A stretch of 64,000 nt of DNA, from the NCBI GenBank assembly GCA_046757025.1, contig JBHHXN010000006.1:8430-72429 (forward strand), in the 5' to 3' direction. Below, one piece after another: positions 1 through 9,833 of the stretch. This DNA comes from a bacterium. GTDB taxonomy: Bacteria > Zhuqueibacterota > Zhuqueibacteria > Oceanimicrobiales > Oceanimicrobiaceae. Each line of letters starts with the position of its first letter. Position 1 is the first letter of the stretch. The notes below the pieces were generated by a model. The model worked only from the letters and a program-made list of their open reading frames with translations. It was not told where the DNA came from and did no database searches. The position numbers and the translations under genes were made by a program.

Positions 1-846
1 GTTGCTGCTTGCACGGTTTGCGGTCACAATATCCGTTGCCCCATCGCCATTTAAATCGAGCACGGTCAAACCTCGTGTGCCTCTGCCTGCTGAGTAGGTG
101 CGGGCATTAACGAGTAAGCCGGAGCCAGAACCTTCAAACACGGTTACCGAGTTGCCATTAATATTTCCCACTGCGAAGTCGATTAAACCGTCGCCATTGA
201 AATCAGCCCCTTCATTTGTACTCGGTTTAACATTGCCTGCTAATTGATAAATCGAAAAGTCACGATAATGGCCTGCACCGTCATTGAGAAATATCCTGAT
301 ATCACTGGCATCCTCATTGGGAACCGTGAAATCATGAAATCCGTCGCCGTTTAAATCGCCTGCGTAGGCGCCGTATGTGCGAATTCCGCTTTCGCCGGCT
401 CGACGAACTGGTATTACTTGAGTTTCGGTGAATTCCAGCCGTCCCACTTCTGCCTTTGTCCAGAAATTCCAGGAATATCCCGTTGACATGGGTTGCCCGG
501 ATGCACTCAGTATGTTTTTTGATAAAGTGACTGTCACCCACTCGCCCGCCGAAATGGTTTTTTGCGGGATAAATCGCACCTGATGCCGATTCTCTTCAAA
601 CAACACCTTTCCGGCACAAACGCCCGTCCAGCGGCCAAAGACCGAAAAGGAATGGGCGTCCACGCTCAGGGTGTCGATGGGCGAGTCAAAGCCGACAACG
701 ATTTCCAGATCGTTACGGTCGATCATAGTTTGCGGTTGGGGATGTACAAACGTCACCGGCGGGGTGTGCTGTTTTGTCCGGGCAATGGGGCTGAAACTGC
801 ATATCAAAATTAACGCAGCACAAAAGAAATGTTTGGATGTTATCAT
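1..846 (-). CDS. FG-GAP/VCBS-repeat secreted protein (partial, 3' end beyond window start)
   Basis: Reverse-strand translation from ATG at 844-846 gives a signal peptide (MITSKHFFCAALILICSF...) followed by repeated DxNGDG FG-GAP-like motifs (DLNGDGFHDF, DFNGDGLIDFAVGN, DLNGDGATDIV). No stop before position 1. Not in the ORF track because it is truncated. Confidence 0.6.
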   Translation of the reverse strand, partial: MITSKHFFCAALILICSFSPIARTKQHTPPVTFVHPQPQTMIDRNDLEIVVGFDSPIDTLSVDAHSFSVFGRWTGVCAGKVLFEENRHQVRFIPQKTISAGEWVTVTLSKNILSASGQPMSTGYSWNFWTKAEVGRLEFTETQVIPVRRAGESGIRTYGAYAGDLNGDGFHDFTVPNEDASDIRIFLNDGAGHYRDFSIYQLAGNVKPSTNEGADFNGDGLIDFAVGNINGNSVTVFEGSGSGLLVNARTYSAGRGTRGLTVLDLNGDGATDIVTANRASSN

Positions 847-890
847 AAATTCAAAATTTAAACAACTGAGGAACGGACACGAAGCGCCGA

Positions 891-2006
891 TCAAAGTGAG
901 AATGCCCGCGTCTCAAATTGCAGCTCATTTTCCACCTCGCCCGTAAGAAACAATTGGTCTTCCAGCCAGGCGGCGCTGCGGCACCATGGGGGAACATCCG
1001 CAAGTACCACCTGCCATTTTGAGTTTTTTAGCAGCAGGATTTTACCTGCCGGTTCGCCGGGCATCAGCACCAGCGGGGTGGCATCATTCGCGGTTTTAAC
1101 CAGACGCGGCGTTCTCACGAAACTCCCATCTTTGGTGGCGTGCAGCAAAACTTGCGGCTCGCTTGCGCTGTCTGAAATGGCTAACAAACGCATTTCATCC
1201 GTGGAGCCATCCAACCAGAGCGTCCAATCCTGGTACGCGATGGGACCCAGCGACGGGCAGCCTGTAATTTCCCACAGCGCCGGACCCAATTGTTTGGGCT
1301 CGCTAAAATCCCTGGCAGAAATCTGCGTTATTTTGAAGATGTCTCTAAATCCCGCAGGCATGCTATTTCTAAATACAACCTGAATAGCGCCGTTATTTCC
1401 ACGACTGATATACGGGCGGCAACAACCGCAGACGCTGCTTGCCTGTTGGGCAGTGAGGTTGCGTTCCTGGAAACGACCATTTTGGCCAAAAGCATAATAA
1501 AGATCCGCGGGTTCTTCATGCCCTGGTTTAGCGGGTCGGGGGTCAAGCCAAACACAGTGCAAGCCGCCTGCCTGGTCAAAGGATGCTGTGACAAACGATT
1601 GCATGGCGCGAGTGGTGTCCTGGTTCAATTTAACAGACGGCGCAAAGCTTCTGCCGAAATCTTTGCTGACGGCTGCCCGCACATCCCAATTGCGGTCGGT
1701 CCAGGCGACAGCAATGAGTCCATCAGGTCCGGTGGCGATACTGGCGCGCATCTCTTCGAAATTGTTGGAATTGACTACGCCGGGTGCTTGATTCACCCGC
1801 ACCGGTTCGGAAAAGTTTTGACCCATTCTCCATTTCGCAATAAACAGGTCCGAAGATTTTCCAGACGTCTGACGCCAGAGGAGGAGCAGGCTGCCATCCG
1901 ATGCCACTGCCAATTGCGGATGGTAAATATTTTGACTGTTAAACTTCTTTTCACAAGCAGTAAAAAACAGACTTATTTGCAGAATAATAATCATGAAAGT
2001 TTTCAT
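891..2006 (-). CDS. BNR/sialidase-like repeat lipoprotein
   Basis: Track ORF 891..2093. The likely start is the internal Met of MKTFMIIILQISLFFTAC (lipoprotein signal with Cys). Repeated SxDxGxxW-like BNR motifs (ASDGSLLLLW, GPDGLIAVAW, SKDFGRSF). Confidence 0.55.
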   Translation of the reverse strand: MKTFMIIILQISLFFTACEKKFNSQNIYHPQLAVASDGSLLLLWRQTSGKSSDLFIAKWRMGQNFSEPVRVNQAPGVVNSNNFEEMRASIATGPDGLIAVAWTDRNWDVRAAVSKDFGRSFAPSVKLNQDTTRAMQSFVTASFDQAGGLHCVWLDPRPAKPGHEEPADLYYAFGQNGRFQERNLTAQQASSVCGCCRPYISRGNNGAIQVVFRNSMPAGFRDIFKITQISARDFSEPKQLGPALWEITGCPSLGPIAYQDWTLWLDGSTDEMRLLAISDSASEPQVLLHATKDGSFVRTPRLVKTANDATPLVLMPGEPAGKILLLKNSKWQVVLADVPPWCRSAAWLEDQLFLTGEVENELQFETRAFSL

Positions 2007-2221
2007 GGCAGGATTAATTGGTCTGTATGGTGATTTCTTTTTAGTTATGATACGAAATGTGCTGTTTTCAGCATGAGAAACGATTGAATGCATTCGATTC
2101 TTTTTTAACGCCTATCTCGCTTGTGTTCATCAACATGACTCCTTACCTGCTGAAAAAAATCAGATATTTTTGTAGATTTGATTTTGAGAAAAGGATCAAC
2201 TAATTTACAAATGGATGAAAG

Positions 2222-3754
2222 TTAATTTAATTGAAATTCCGGCAGTCGGATCAATTGGATGAGAAATTCCGTCACTTGTCTTTCTGCACCTGGGTAGTGC
2301 AGAGACCAATCATCCGGGTCGGCGCTGCCCACCAGCACCGACAACAAAAACTCAAAGGTTTCGTTGTCAATTGGCATGCGCAACAGGTGGCTAACCATGG
2401 CCTGCGCCAGTTCGGGAGCGCGGCTGATGCCAAATTCACTGCCAAATTTCATGGCATTGAATTTGATGGGGGTACGTCTGCTGTCAGGATTTTTATATAA
2501 TCCGCCATGAAGGTAGCTCTCGGTGAAAGTATTTCGAGTGACGTAGGTGGTGGGGGAAATCCACGACCTTTGCCCCGGCCAGCCTGCGACATTTGGTGGA
2601 TTAAACAATTCCTGATTCAAAGCTTTCGTGGCATTCAAAACATAATTCAGGTCCAGCTTTTCCACCGCAAACAGCCGGGCGTTGCTGACGGCCATTTCCA
2701 CTGGCGATTTGATCAAGGCAGCCAAAGCCTTATCGCTGTAAAAATGTGCGCTGTTGAACAATTTTCGTAGTACTGGTTTGATCTCATATTCCTGGCTGCG
2801 AAAAGTCTCTGCCAGCTCCGCTACAAAATCCTCGTCCAATTCACGGCTGATAAAAAATTTGTACAGCTTGCGGCAAATATGCACCGCGGTTTGTGGCTGC
2901 TGCAACACGATGTCGATGATGTCGTCGCTGTTCCAGTTGCCGCTGCGGCCCAAGAAAGTTTTTCGGCCGCTGTCAAACCTTCTGGGATTTAGAAATGAGG
3001 TTAAGGTTTTCGAGTCGATCTGCCAGCCTGTGAATGCGCGCGCGGCTTCTTTGATATCGTTTTCGGTGTAATTGCCGATGCCCATAGTAAATAGTTCCAG
3101 CAGCTCTCTGGCAAAATTTTCGTTGGGTTGTTTGGATTTGTTTTGCACGCCGTTTAAGTACAAAAGCATGGCCGGATCTTTATAAATGGCTTTCAGAAAA
3201 TGACCAAAGTTTCCCAAAGCGTGGCGCCTTAACGTGTGGTTCTGAATGTAGAGATACTGCGCAAGTTGGACGCTTTTTTCATTAGAGGTAAAATGCCCGT
3301 GCCAGTAAAACGTCATTTTTTCGCGCAGGTTCAAAACTGAGCTCATCATCCGCTGCAGCCACCAGCCGCGCAGCTCTTTCACGCGCTTTCGGTTTTGCTG
3401 ACGCCAGGCCTTCTGCTGATCTTTGGATAAGGCGCGAAAGGCTTGCCGATCAAATGGCTCGGCTACCCAGTCCCCCGGCGGCTCCGGCAAATCGTCTTCA
3501 AAGAGAAGTTTTTCAACGATCTCGGTTAAAGCAAATGGCTGCAGTTCTTTAATCTCAGCAACCGTGGCGCCAAAACTGGCTCGGTTGAGTAGATGTTGTA
3601 GTTTATTCTGCTGGCTTCGAAACATTCGCCGAGGTTGCCTGCTTCTCGTTTTCGAATTTTTGGATTGATGAGACCGCATTTTGTTAATTTTAGTGTTCAT
3701 GGTTCCACTCCGAAACTGACTTATTTCTAAGTGAGATTCCTGATGGGAAATCAT
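2222..3754 (-). CDS. DUF1800 family protein (paralog 2)
   Basis: 510-aa ORF with motifs MELFTMGIGNYTENDIKEAARAFTGW and NPPNVAGWPGQRSWISPTTY, shared with ORF 5361..7013 and typical of DUF1800. The start may be the internal Met at 3700. It overlaps the DUF1501 start by 4 bp. Confidence 0.7.
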   Translation of the reverse strand: MISHQESHLEISQFRSGTMNTKINKMRSHQSKNSKTRSRQPRRMFRSQQNKLQHLLNRASFGATVAEIKELQPFALTEIVEKLLFEDDLPEPPGDWVAEPFDRQAFRALSKDQQKAWRQQNRKRVKELRGWWLQRMMSSVLNLREKMTFYWHGHFTSNEKSVQLAQYLYIQNHTLRRHALGNFGHFLKAIYKDPAMLLYLNGVQNKSKQPNENFARELLELFTMGIGNYTENDIKEAARAFTGWQIDSKTLTSFLNPRRFDSGRKTFLGRSGNWNSDDIIDIVLQQPQTAVHICRKLYKFFISRELDEDFVAELAETFRSQEYEIKPVLRKLFNSAHFYSDKALAALIKSPVEMAVSNARLFAVEKLDLNYVLNATKALNQELFNPPNVAGWPGQRSWISPTTYVTRNTFTESYLHGGLYKNPDSRRTPIKFNAMKFGSEFGISRAPELAQAMVSHLLRMPIDNETFEFLLSVLVGSADPDDWSLHYPGAERQVTEFLIQLIRLPEFQLN

Positions 3755-5286
3755 TTGACCAGCATCATACGCCGCGTCTGTTGAAATTCCCCTGCTTGAA
3801 TCTTTAAAAAATAGACGCCGCTGGCATGACCATTTGCCTGCCAGACGATCTCGTGTCGGCCAGCATTTTGTGTTTCATCCACCAGCACAGACACCTGCTG
3901 TCCCAAACTATTGTGAATGACCAGTTTCACGTGTGCAGTTCGTGCCAAACCATATTTTATGGTGGTTTGCGGATTAAACGGATTGGGGTAATTTTGCTGG
4001 AGATAATGGTCCTTCGGAGCGGCGGCGGTTTCGCGGACGGAGGTGGTTTGATCGATTAAATTCAATTGCGTGAAGCTGCTGCCGAGAATGGCGGCGGCGT
4101 CACCAACTAGCCACTGCTCGATGAGCGAGGCGTAAATTTGCCGGAAATCCACCAGGAATTTCAGGTCGCCGTCGTCCAGATCCGTGAGACTGGGATGCGG
4201 ATTGTGCACGCCGGCGATCACCGGTTTGCCAAAAAAGAACATGGGAGCGGCGGTGCCGTGATCGGTGCCCTGGCTGGCGTTTTGCTTGACGCGTCGGCCA
4301 AATTCAGAAAAGCAAAAGCCGGCCACGCGCTCGGCCAGCCCAAATTGTTCGATGTCTTTTTGAAATGTGTGCACCGCCTGAGTCAGTTGCTCCAGAAGAC
4401 CGCGCTGGGTGTTAGCCTGAAAAGCGTGCGTGTCAAATCCCCGTAAGCTCACAATATAAATGCGCGTGCTCAAACCGCCGGCGATCAATCGCGCCACAAT
4501 CGCTAATTGCTGCGACAGAGAGTCGTTTTGATAGGGTACCTTATTTTCATTTTTTTCATAAGCTTCCACAATTTCACCGGCAAATTGAAACGCCGCGGCT
4601 TCGGTTTCTCGTAGAAATTCCAGTTCGCGTTCCGCAGGTGTGGTGGGTTCAATGATGGGCAGCGGTTCATGATCGCTTCCCAATCGTCTTGCCAGGTTAT
4701 AAAATTGTACAGGATTTTGCAGGGCAATGCCTTTTTGTTCGCGCCCCAGCAGCGCCAAAGAAGAAGTGAGCCCAATCTGGATGGCCGGCGGTCCCAGAGT
4801 GCCGCATTCCTCGCCTTCCGGGCACACCAAATCAAAATACCGGCCCAGCCAGCCGGTATCGACAACTTCCTCTGAGCTGGAACCGGTGAGCCAGATATCG
4901 GTTGAGCGAAAGTGCGAGCGGTTGGGCTGCGGGTAACCCACACCCTGCACGATGCCCAGACTGCCTTCGTTCAGTAAGGTTTTAAATTTGGCCATGGCCG
5001 GGTGAAGTCCAATTTCCTGATCCAGGGTGATGACTTCGTTTTTGGGAATGGCCAGTTGCGGCCGCTGCTGGTAGTAAATGTCGTTTTGAAAGGGAATGAC
5101 GGTGTTCATACCATCGTTCCCGCCAGCAAGCTGCACCAGCACTAAAACGCGGCCGTCATCCGGAAAATTTTGCAGGCCATGCGACCGACCAAATTTTTTC
5201 AGCGGTTTGGAAAATGACCACATTGGCCACACCAGCGGCAGACCCGCTATCGGCATCATGATTTGTATAAATTCTCGACGTTTCAT
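3751..5286 (-). CDS. DUF1501 family protein with twin-arginine signal and T9SS C-terminal sorting domain
   Basis: N-terminus MKRREFIQIMMPIAGLPLV (RR motif). The central sulfatase-like DUF1501 core is (HGTAAPMFFFG). The C-terminal about 80 aa is NYPNPFNPQTTIKY...GVYFLKIQAGEFQQTRRMMLVK, typical of a Por/T9SS CTD. Confidence 0.7.
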   Translation of the reverse strand: MKRREFIQIMMPIAGLPLVWPMWSFSKPLKKFGRSHGLQNFPDDGRVLVLVQLAGGNDGMNTVIPFQNDIYYQQRPQLAIPKNEVITLDQEIGLHPAMAKFKTLLNEGSLGIVQGVGYPQPNRSHFRSTDIWLTGSSSEEVVDTGWLGRYFDLVCPEGEECGTLGPPAIQIGLTSSLALLGREQKGIALQNPVQFYNLARRLGSDHEPLPIIEPTTPAERELEFLRETEAAAFQFAGEIVEAYEKNENKVPYQNDSLSQQLAIVARLIAGGLSTRIYIVSLRGFDTHAFQANTQRGLLEQLTQAVHTFQKDIEQFGLAERVAGFCFSEFGRRVKQNASQGTDHGTAAPMFFFGKPVIAGVHNPHPSLTDLDDGDLKFLVDFRQIYASLIEQWLVGDAAAILGSSFTQLNLIDQTTSVRETAAAPKDHYLQQNYPNPFNPQTTIKYGLARTAHVKLVIHNSLGQQVSVLVDETQNAGRHEIVWQANGHASGVYFLKIQAGEFQQTRRMMLVK

Positions 5287-5360
5287 CGTACTATCCTTTC
5301 AAAAACAGATTTATTATTTAAACGTGGTAGATGGCAAATTATTGTGTTCATGCACCCGAG

Positions 5361-7013
5361 TTAGGTAAGATGGTATTCCGGCAGACGCAATATTTGAATA
5401 ACGAATTCGGTGACCAGGCGATCGGCGCCCGGATAATCCAGCGACCAGTCGTTTGGGGCGGCGGTTCCGACCAAAGTCTGCAGCAAAAACTCGGACGTAA
5501 CCTCATCCAACGGCCGGCTGACCAGGTAATTGATGATGGCGTTCGCCAACTCGGGAGCAGTTGGAATGCCAAAGCTGCGGGCAAATTTCATGGGATTAAA
5601 TTCAATCACGGGCTGGTTCGTTACCGGATCGCGCACGAGATTTTCATTGACAAATATTTCAGATACGGTGTTGCGGAGAACATAGGTGGTGGGCGAAATC
5701 CACGCCCTCTGGCCCGGCCAGCCCGCCACATTCGGCGGATTTAGCAATTCCTGATCGAGAATAGCTGCCACCGTCAACAAAAAGTAAACATCGGCCTTTT
5801 CCACAGAAAGTTTCCTGGCATTACCGACCACCAGCTCGATGGGAGATTTGATGAGAGAAGCCCTGACGTTTGCGTTATAAAAATGCTCGCTGGTGAACAG
5901 ACTTCGCAGCACGGGTTTGATTTCATAGTTGTTTGCTCGAAAAACCGCAGCCAGGTCCTGAACGTACTCCTCATCCACTTCACGACTGATGAAAAACTCG
6001 TAAAATTTTCTACAAATAAACGTGGCGGTTTGCGGTTGTTTCAGAATGAGGTCGATGATATCGTCACCGTCAAAATTGCCTCGTTCACCTAAAAATGATT
6101 TAACGCCATAGTCGTGTAAATTCGGATTGAAGAAAGAAGTCAAATTGTAGGGATCAATCTCCCAACCCGTGAAGGCGCGTGCGGCTTCTTTGATGTCGTC
6201 TTCTGTATAATTCCCAATGCCCATGGTGAACAGCTCCATCAGCTCCCGGGCAAAATTTTCATTGGGAGCTGTCACCACGTTTTGCGCCCCGTTGAGGTAG
6301 AGCAGCATGCCGGGATCTTTGTACACGTTTTTGAGAAAATCTCCGAAATTGCCCAAAGCGTGCTTGCGATAGGTGTCATTTTGTTTGAACAAAAACTGCG
6401 CGAGCTCGGCTGAGCTGATGTCGGTGGTGAAGTGTCCGTGCCAGAAAAAGGTCATCTTCTCGCGTAGATTTATTGCCGAACTCATCATCAATTCTAACAT
6501 CCAAACCCGTAAATCATTGATGCGTTCGATATTTTGTACGAAATAGGCTTGCTTTTCGGACTCGGTCCATTTGAGGTACTGTTGCAGGTCAAAGGGCTCC
6601 GTCACCCATTCGCCTGGCGGCGTAGGCAGGGCCGGCTCGGTTAGCAATTCCTCCACAATTTCCGCGATGGAGTTGGACTCCAATTCTTTTAGTTCGGCGA
6701 AGGTGGCGCCAAAACCGGCGCGTGCCAGTAAATGCTTAACTTGCTCTGAATGAGACGAAGCGGAGCTGCTTGTCTGAGCAAGGTCGTTTAACGTTTGCCA
6801 ATCGTGATGGCGCTCCATATTTTCTGAATTCTGAAAGTCCTTTTCAGGCCTCGCGGTGTGCTGAAAATTTCTCTGCCATTTTTGATAGTTGGTTGCGTCG
6901 ATCAAATGATTCAGTGCGGTGGTGGGTAAGATCGGTAAATAGGTGGCCGGTTTCTTGCGAGACGATTCTCGTTTGTACCGGGCAAAAACGGATGTTTGAT
7001 TCGGATATTTCAT
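5361..7013 (-). CDS. DUF1800 family protein (paralog 1)
   Basis: 550 aa and collinear with ORF 2222..3754. Shared motifs MELFTMGIGNYTEDDIKEAARAFTGW and NPPNVAGWPGQRAWISPTTY. Confidence 0.7.
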   Translation of the reverse strand: MKYPNQTSVFARYKRESSRKKPATYLPILPTTALNHLIDATNYQKWQRNFQHTARPEKDFQNSENMERHHDWQTLNDLAQTSSSASSHSEQVKHLLARAGFGATFAELKELESNSIAEIVEELLTEPALPTPPGEWVTEPFDLQQYLKWTESEKQAYFVQNIERINDLRVWMLELMMSSAINLREKMTFFWHGHFTTDISSAELAQFLFKQNDTYRKHALGNFGDFLKNVYKDPGMLLYLNGAQNVVTAPNENFARELMELFTMGIGNYTEDDIKEAARAFTGWEIDPYNLTSFFNPNLHDYGVKSFLGERGNFDGDDIIDLILKQPQTATFICRKFYEFFISREVDEEYVQDLAAVFRANNYEIKPVLRSLFTSEHFYNANVRASLIKSPIELVVGNARKLSVEKADVYFLLTVAAILDQELLNPPNVAGWPGQRAWISPTTYVLRNTVSEIFVNENLVRDPVTNQPVIEFNPMKFARSFGIPTAPELANAIINYLVSRPLDEVTSEFLLQTLVGTAAPNDWSLDYPGADRLVTEFVIQILRLPEYHLT

Positions 7014-7165
7014 ACAACACTCCTTTGACCGTGCGTGAGTTTTTAATTAAAGGAAAGAAATCTAAGGTGTTTAATTGAGAAGTGCAGTGACTATATGTAT
7101 AAAAATAATTTTTCTCACATTCAAGGAGTTTTTTTGTTTTCTAAGAAATTCTTAAAAAGAAGAGG

Positions 7166-7183
7166 TGCAACTTTCAGGTTGCA
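7166..7183. promoter_or_regulatory. 6-6-6 perfect inverted repeat TGCAAC-tttcag-GTTGCA in divergent promoter region
   Basis: Seen directly in the intergenic region between the divergently transcribed DUF1800 and M81 peptidase genes. Confidence 0.3.
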
Positions 7184-7383
7184 GAGGTCTGAAGCCCGAC
7201 CACCCCTCCGCATTGTTTTTGTAAAAGCCGGATTTTCTGTAAAAATCAGGAACCACATAAAACGGTGATTTGATCATCTGCGTTTGTTAGGGGGGCAATA
7301 ACTCGAGAAAGACGGTTAGCTTGCATATTATCCAGTGGGGGAAAATCGCCGAAGGCATTTATATTTTAACCAGACTAATTCAT

Positions 7384-7412
7384 TGACAATTATATCAAGA
7401 ATTTTTATTTTT
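7384..7412 (+). promoter_or_regulatory. sigma-70-like promoter (TTGACA-17-TATTTT) upstream of M81 peptidase
   Basis: ttgacaattatatcaagaatttttatttt, about 110 bp upstream of the probable start at 7524. Confidence 0.35.
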
Positions 7413-7523
7413 CTACACGGGCATTTCACATCTCTGTTCAATTAATTCAAATTATCCGATTAAAAACAAATTCTTTGTAAAATAGTGAAAGTTTTTGAAC
7501 TTTTCATGAGCAAAGGCAATACC

Positions 7524-9074
7524 ATGAAGATTAAAAACCGAGTCATTGGTGGAAATGCGTTCGTTATTGGAAGCTTGTTGGCGATTTTTGTACTTGGCAG
7601 GCATTCAACTGTCCTGGGGCAACAAAGCAGCGAAAAAATACGAATAGCGGTGGCACGATTCTCCCATGAAACCTGCACCTTTTGCCCGAAACCCACAACC
7701 GTTGCCGATTGGGAATATTACGGCCCTCCAACTCGCGAGATACTCAATTCCAATCGCGGATACATCGGCGGCTTCAAATCATTTTGTGATGAGATGGGCG
7801 GAGTGGAGCTGGTGCCCATCCTTTCGCCACGTGGTGCCAGAGGCGGCTCTTCTGGAAGCTGGATAACAAAAAAGGCGTTTGACAAATATACGGGCTTGAT
7901 CGCAGAAGATATCCAGGCAGCGGGTGAGCTCGATGGCGTGTTTCTATCCTTGCACGGTGCCATGGCCGTCACCGACGTTCCAAAGCCGGAAGCCGAAATC
8001 GTACGCCGGGTGCGCAAAGTGGTGGGAGATATTCCCATCATGATAACACTGGATTTACACGCAAATGAAGACCACGAGCTTTCCGATGCCGCCGATGCGG
8101 TATTTATTGTGAAACGCTACCCGCACTACGACGCCACGTTACAGGGGGAGCGGGCGGCCCGGGTCATGCTCAAAACCATCCGCGGCACGTACAAACCGGT
8201 GATGGCCACTCGCAAGCCAGGAGTGATTACCCCCAGTGTGTTTCAGGGCACCGGTGTGTCCCCGGCCATGGATATCATGGAACGGGCGCGCCGATGGGAA
8301 TGCCGGGAGAGAGATGTGTACGTTTCGGTCGCTTTCGGATTTGCCTACGCCGATGTGCCGGAAGTCGGGGCCACGGTCATGGTGGTGGCCAACGACTCGC
8401 TGAAGCTGGCGGAAAAAATTGCCGACGACATGTCAGACTACATCTGGCGGATGCGCAAGGAGTTTGCCGGCAAAAAACTGCCCAAACCCCGAGAGGGTGT
8501 GGCACGAGCGCTGAGTGCGGTAAAAGCGGGTCGAGCGCCAGTGGTCATCGCCGATCACAGCGATCGCACCGGCGGCTCTACGCATATTTTGCAGGAGCTC
8601 ATCCAGCAAGGGGCCAGGAATTTTTGCATCGCCACTTTGCGTGATGAAAAAGCCATCGAAAAATTGCAAGCCACCGCAAAAGTGGGTCACAAGGTCAGCC
8701 TTGCACTCGGTGGCTATTCGGATAAATTTGCTGGAAATCCAGTGCAGGTTGAAGGTACCCTGACCTATCTTGGACAATACGGCCGGGATGCCACGGCCGT
8801 ACTCAAGATTGGTGAAAATAATTATGTCATTCTAACCGAGCATTTGCGGCAGGTTACCGACACCAACATTTTTGCACCTTTAGGCATTGATTTCGAAAAA
8901 CTGGAATTGATCGTACTGAAATCGCGTGTGCATTTTCGCCGAGGATATCATGAAACCGGCATCGCCGGAGCCATTATAGAAATTGACGCACCTGGATGGG
9001 GTCCAGCCGATCTGACTACTCTGCCTTTTAAAAATATTCCAAAAGATATTTATCCGGTTTACGTTACAAAATAG
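7524..9074 (+). CDS. M81 family metallopeptidase (MlrC/microcystinase C-like, DUF1485+MlrC_C)
   Basis: Track ORF 7485..9074. The signal-peptide Met is at 7524 (MKIKNRVIGGNAFVIGSLLAIFVLG). The motif RIAVARFSHETCTF is typical of M81 N-termini. Confidence 0.65.
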   Translation: MKIKNRVIGGNAFVIGSLLAIFVLGRHSTVLGQQSSEKIRIAVARFSHETCTFCPKPTTVADWEYYGPPTREILNSNRGYIGGFKSFCDEMGGVELVPILSPRGARGGSSGSWITKKAFDKYTGLIAEDIQAAGELDGVFLSLHGAMAVTDVPKPEAEIVRRVRKVVGDIPIMITLDLHANEDHELSDAADAVFIVKRYPHYDATLQGERAARVMLKTIRGTYKPVMATRKPGVITPSVFQGTGVSPAMDIMERARRWECRERDVYVSVAFGFAYADVPEVGATVMVVANDSLKLAEKIADDMSDYIWRMRKEFAGKKLPKPREGVARALSAVKAGRAPVVIADHSDRTGGSTHILQELIQQGARNFCIATLRDEKAIEKLQATAKVGHKVSLALGGYSDKFAGNPVQVEGTLTYLGQYGRDATAVLKIGENNYVILTEHLRQVTDTNIFAPLGIDFEKLELIVLKSRVHFRRGYHETGIAGAIIEIDAPGWGPADLTTLPFKNIPKDIYPVYVTK

Positions 9075-9308
9075 CACCTAACGATCTTAAAATTCAACTA
9101 TCCATTTCAAAAAGAAAAAGAGCTTTTACATTGAGAGATCTTGATTTCACCCACAGTTGAACGTTGACTTCGTCGAAGAATCTTGCGATTTGGATATAGC
9201 TTAGGCAGAGAAGGAAAAGCGACTTAATTTTGTAAGAGATGTGTTTCTATAGAACAAATCAGAAAACGGCTGCGTAAATTAACTAGTGAATGACCGATAA
9301 CGACCCGG

Positions 9309-9438
9309 TCTTCCCGAAGGCCTCCTGGCCGAGGTTGAATTCCTGCATGGCTCGGCGGGGCTTGTCCTGAACTTTGTCGATGGGACGCCTTCGCGAAGAG
9401 GTTTTTAAATCGCGCATTTTTCTAGTTTCCGTTCAGAC
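9309..9438 (+). repeat. Intergenic structured repeat family A, copy 1 (about 130 nt, with a 26-nt insertion)
   Basis: tcttcccgaaggcctcctggccgagg...ccttcgcgaagaggt...aaatcgcgcatttttctagtttccgttcagac. Two further copies lie at 27153..27258 (+) and 40420..40522 (-). It contains self-complementary segments (cttcccgaagg/ccttcgcgaag, gccgag/ctcggc). Confidence 0.5.
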
Positions 9439-9556
9439 CCTGACTAAAACCAAATTAAGCGATTTGGCGTTGAATTGTCTGATCATGGAGTTTAAGTGTT
9501 CAGAATAATGGGTGTTCACGCCTCAAGCGTGTTTTTCCCTCAACCCAGCAAACTGA

Positions 9557-9737
9557 AGAGACTGTGTGAAAAAGTGATATCGTGGCGAAAAATCCAATGC
9601 GCCATTATTGTCATCCCGCAACTGCGGGATATTTTTAATAAACAACACTTTACTTCAAAACAAAAAAGATTCCTCCTGCTTGTCCTACAATGCGGGGAAA
9701 GATAAAAGCCCGGAAGTTGACTTTTCACACAGGCTCT
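9557..9737 (+). mobile_element. MITE-like element family B, copy 1 (about 180 bp, imperfect 17-bp terminal inverted repeats)
   Basis: Terminal IRs agagactgtgtgaaaaagt / acttttcacacaggctct. The internal hairpin is ttgtcatcccgca-ac-tgcgggat. A 40-nt core ttaataaacaacactttacttcaaaacaaaaaagattcct is about 92% identical to the reverse complement of the element at 19601..19757. Confidence 0.5.
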
Positions 9738-9833
9738 GAAGCTTTTACATTGTTCCCATTCGGTCAGGAATCGCGCCTTTTAGGTAAAAGGATTTTTTTC
9801 GTTTGAATTGATTCACGCTAAAATTCATAAAAC

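Noticed and set aside
562-946. Plus-strand track ORFs 562..813 and 671..946
   Set aside because: They lie antisense inside the reverse-strand FG-GAP repeat gene (1..846), have no recognisable motifs and are Arg/Gly-rich, as expected from antisense translation of a GC-biased frame.
1290-2033. 247-aa plus-strand ORF overlapping the BNR lipoprotein gene
   Set aside because: It is entirely antisense to a gene with clear signal-peptide and BNR motifs, and has no features of its own.
7141-7200. Possible sigma-54 promoter at the TGCAAC...GTTGCA repeat
   Set aside because: The GG/GC spacing does not fit the -24/-12 consensus (7-nt rather than 5-nt gap), so I kept it only as an inverted repeat.
9496-9728. 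ORFs 9496..9705 (+) and 9540..9728 (-)
   Set aside because: They coincide with the MITE-like element and its hairpins and are antisense to one another. There is no coding signal.
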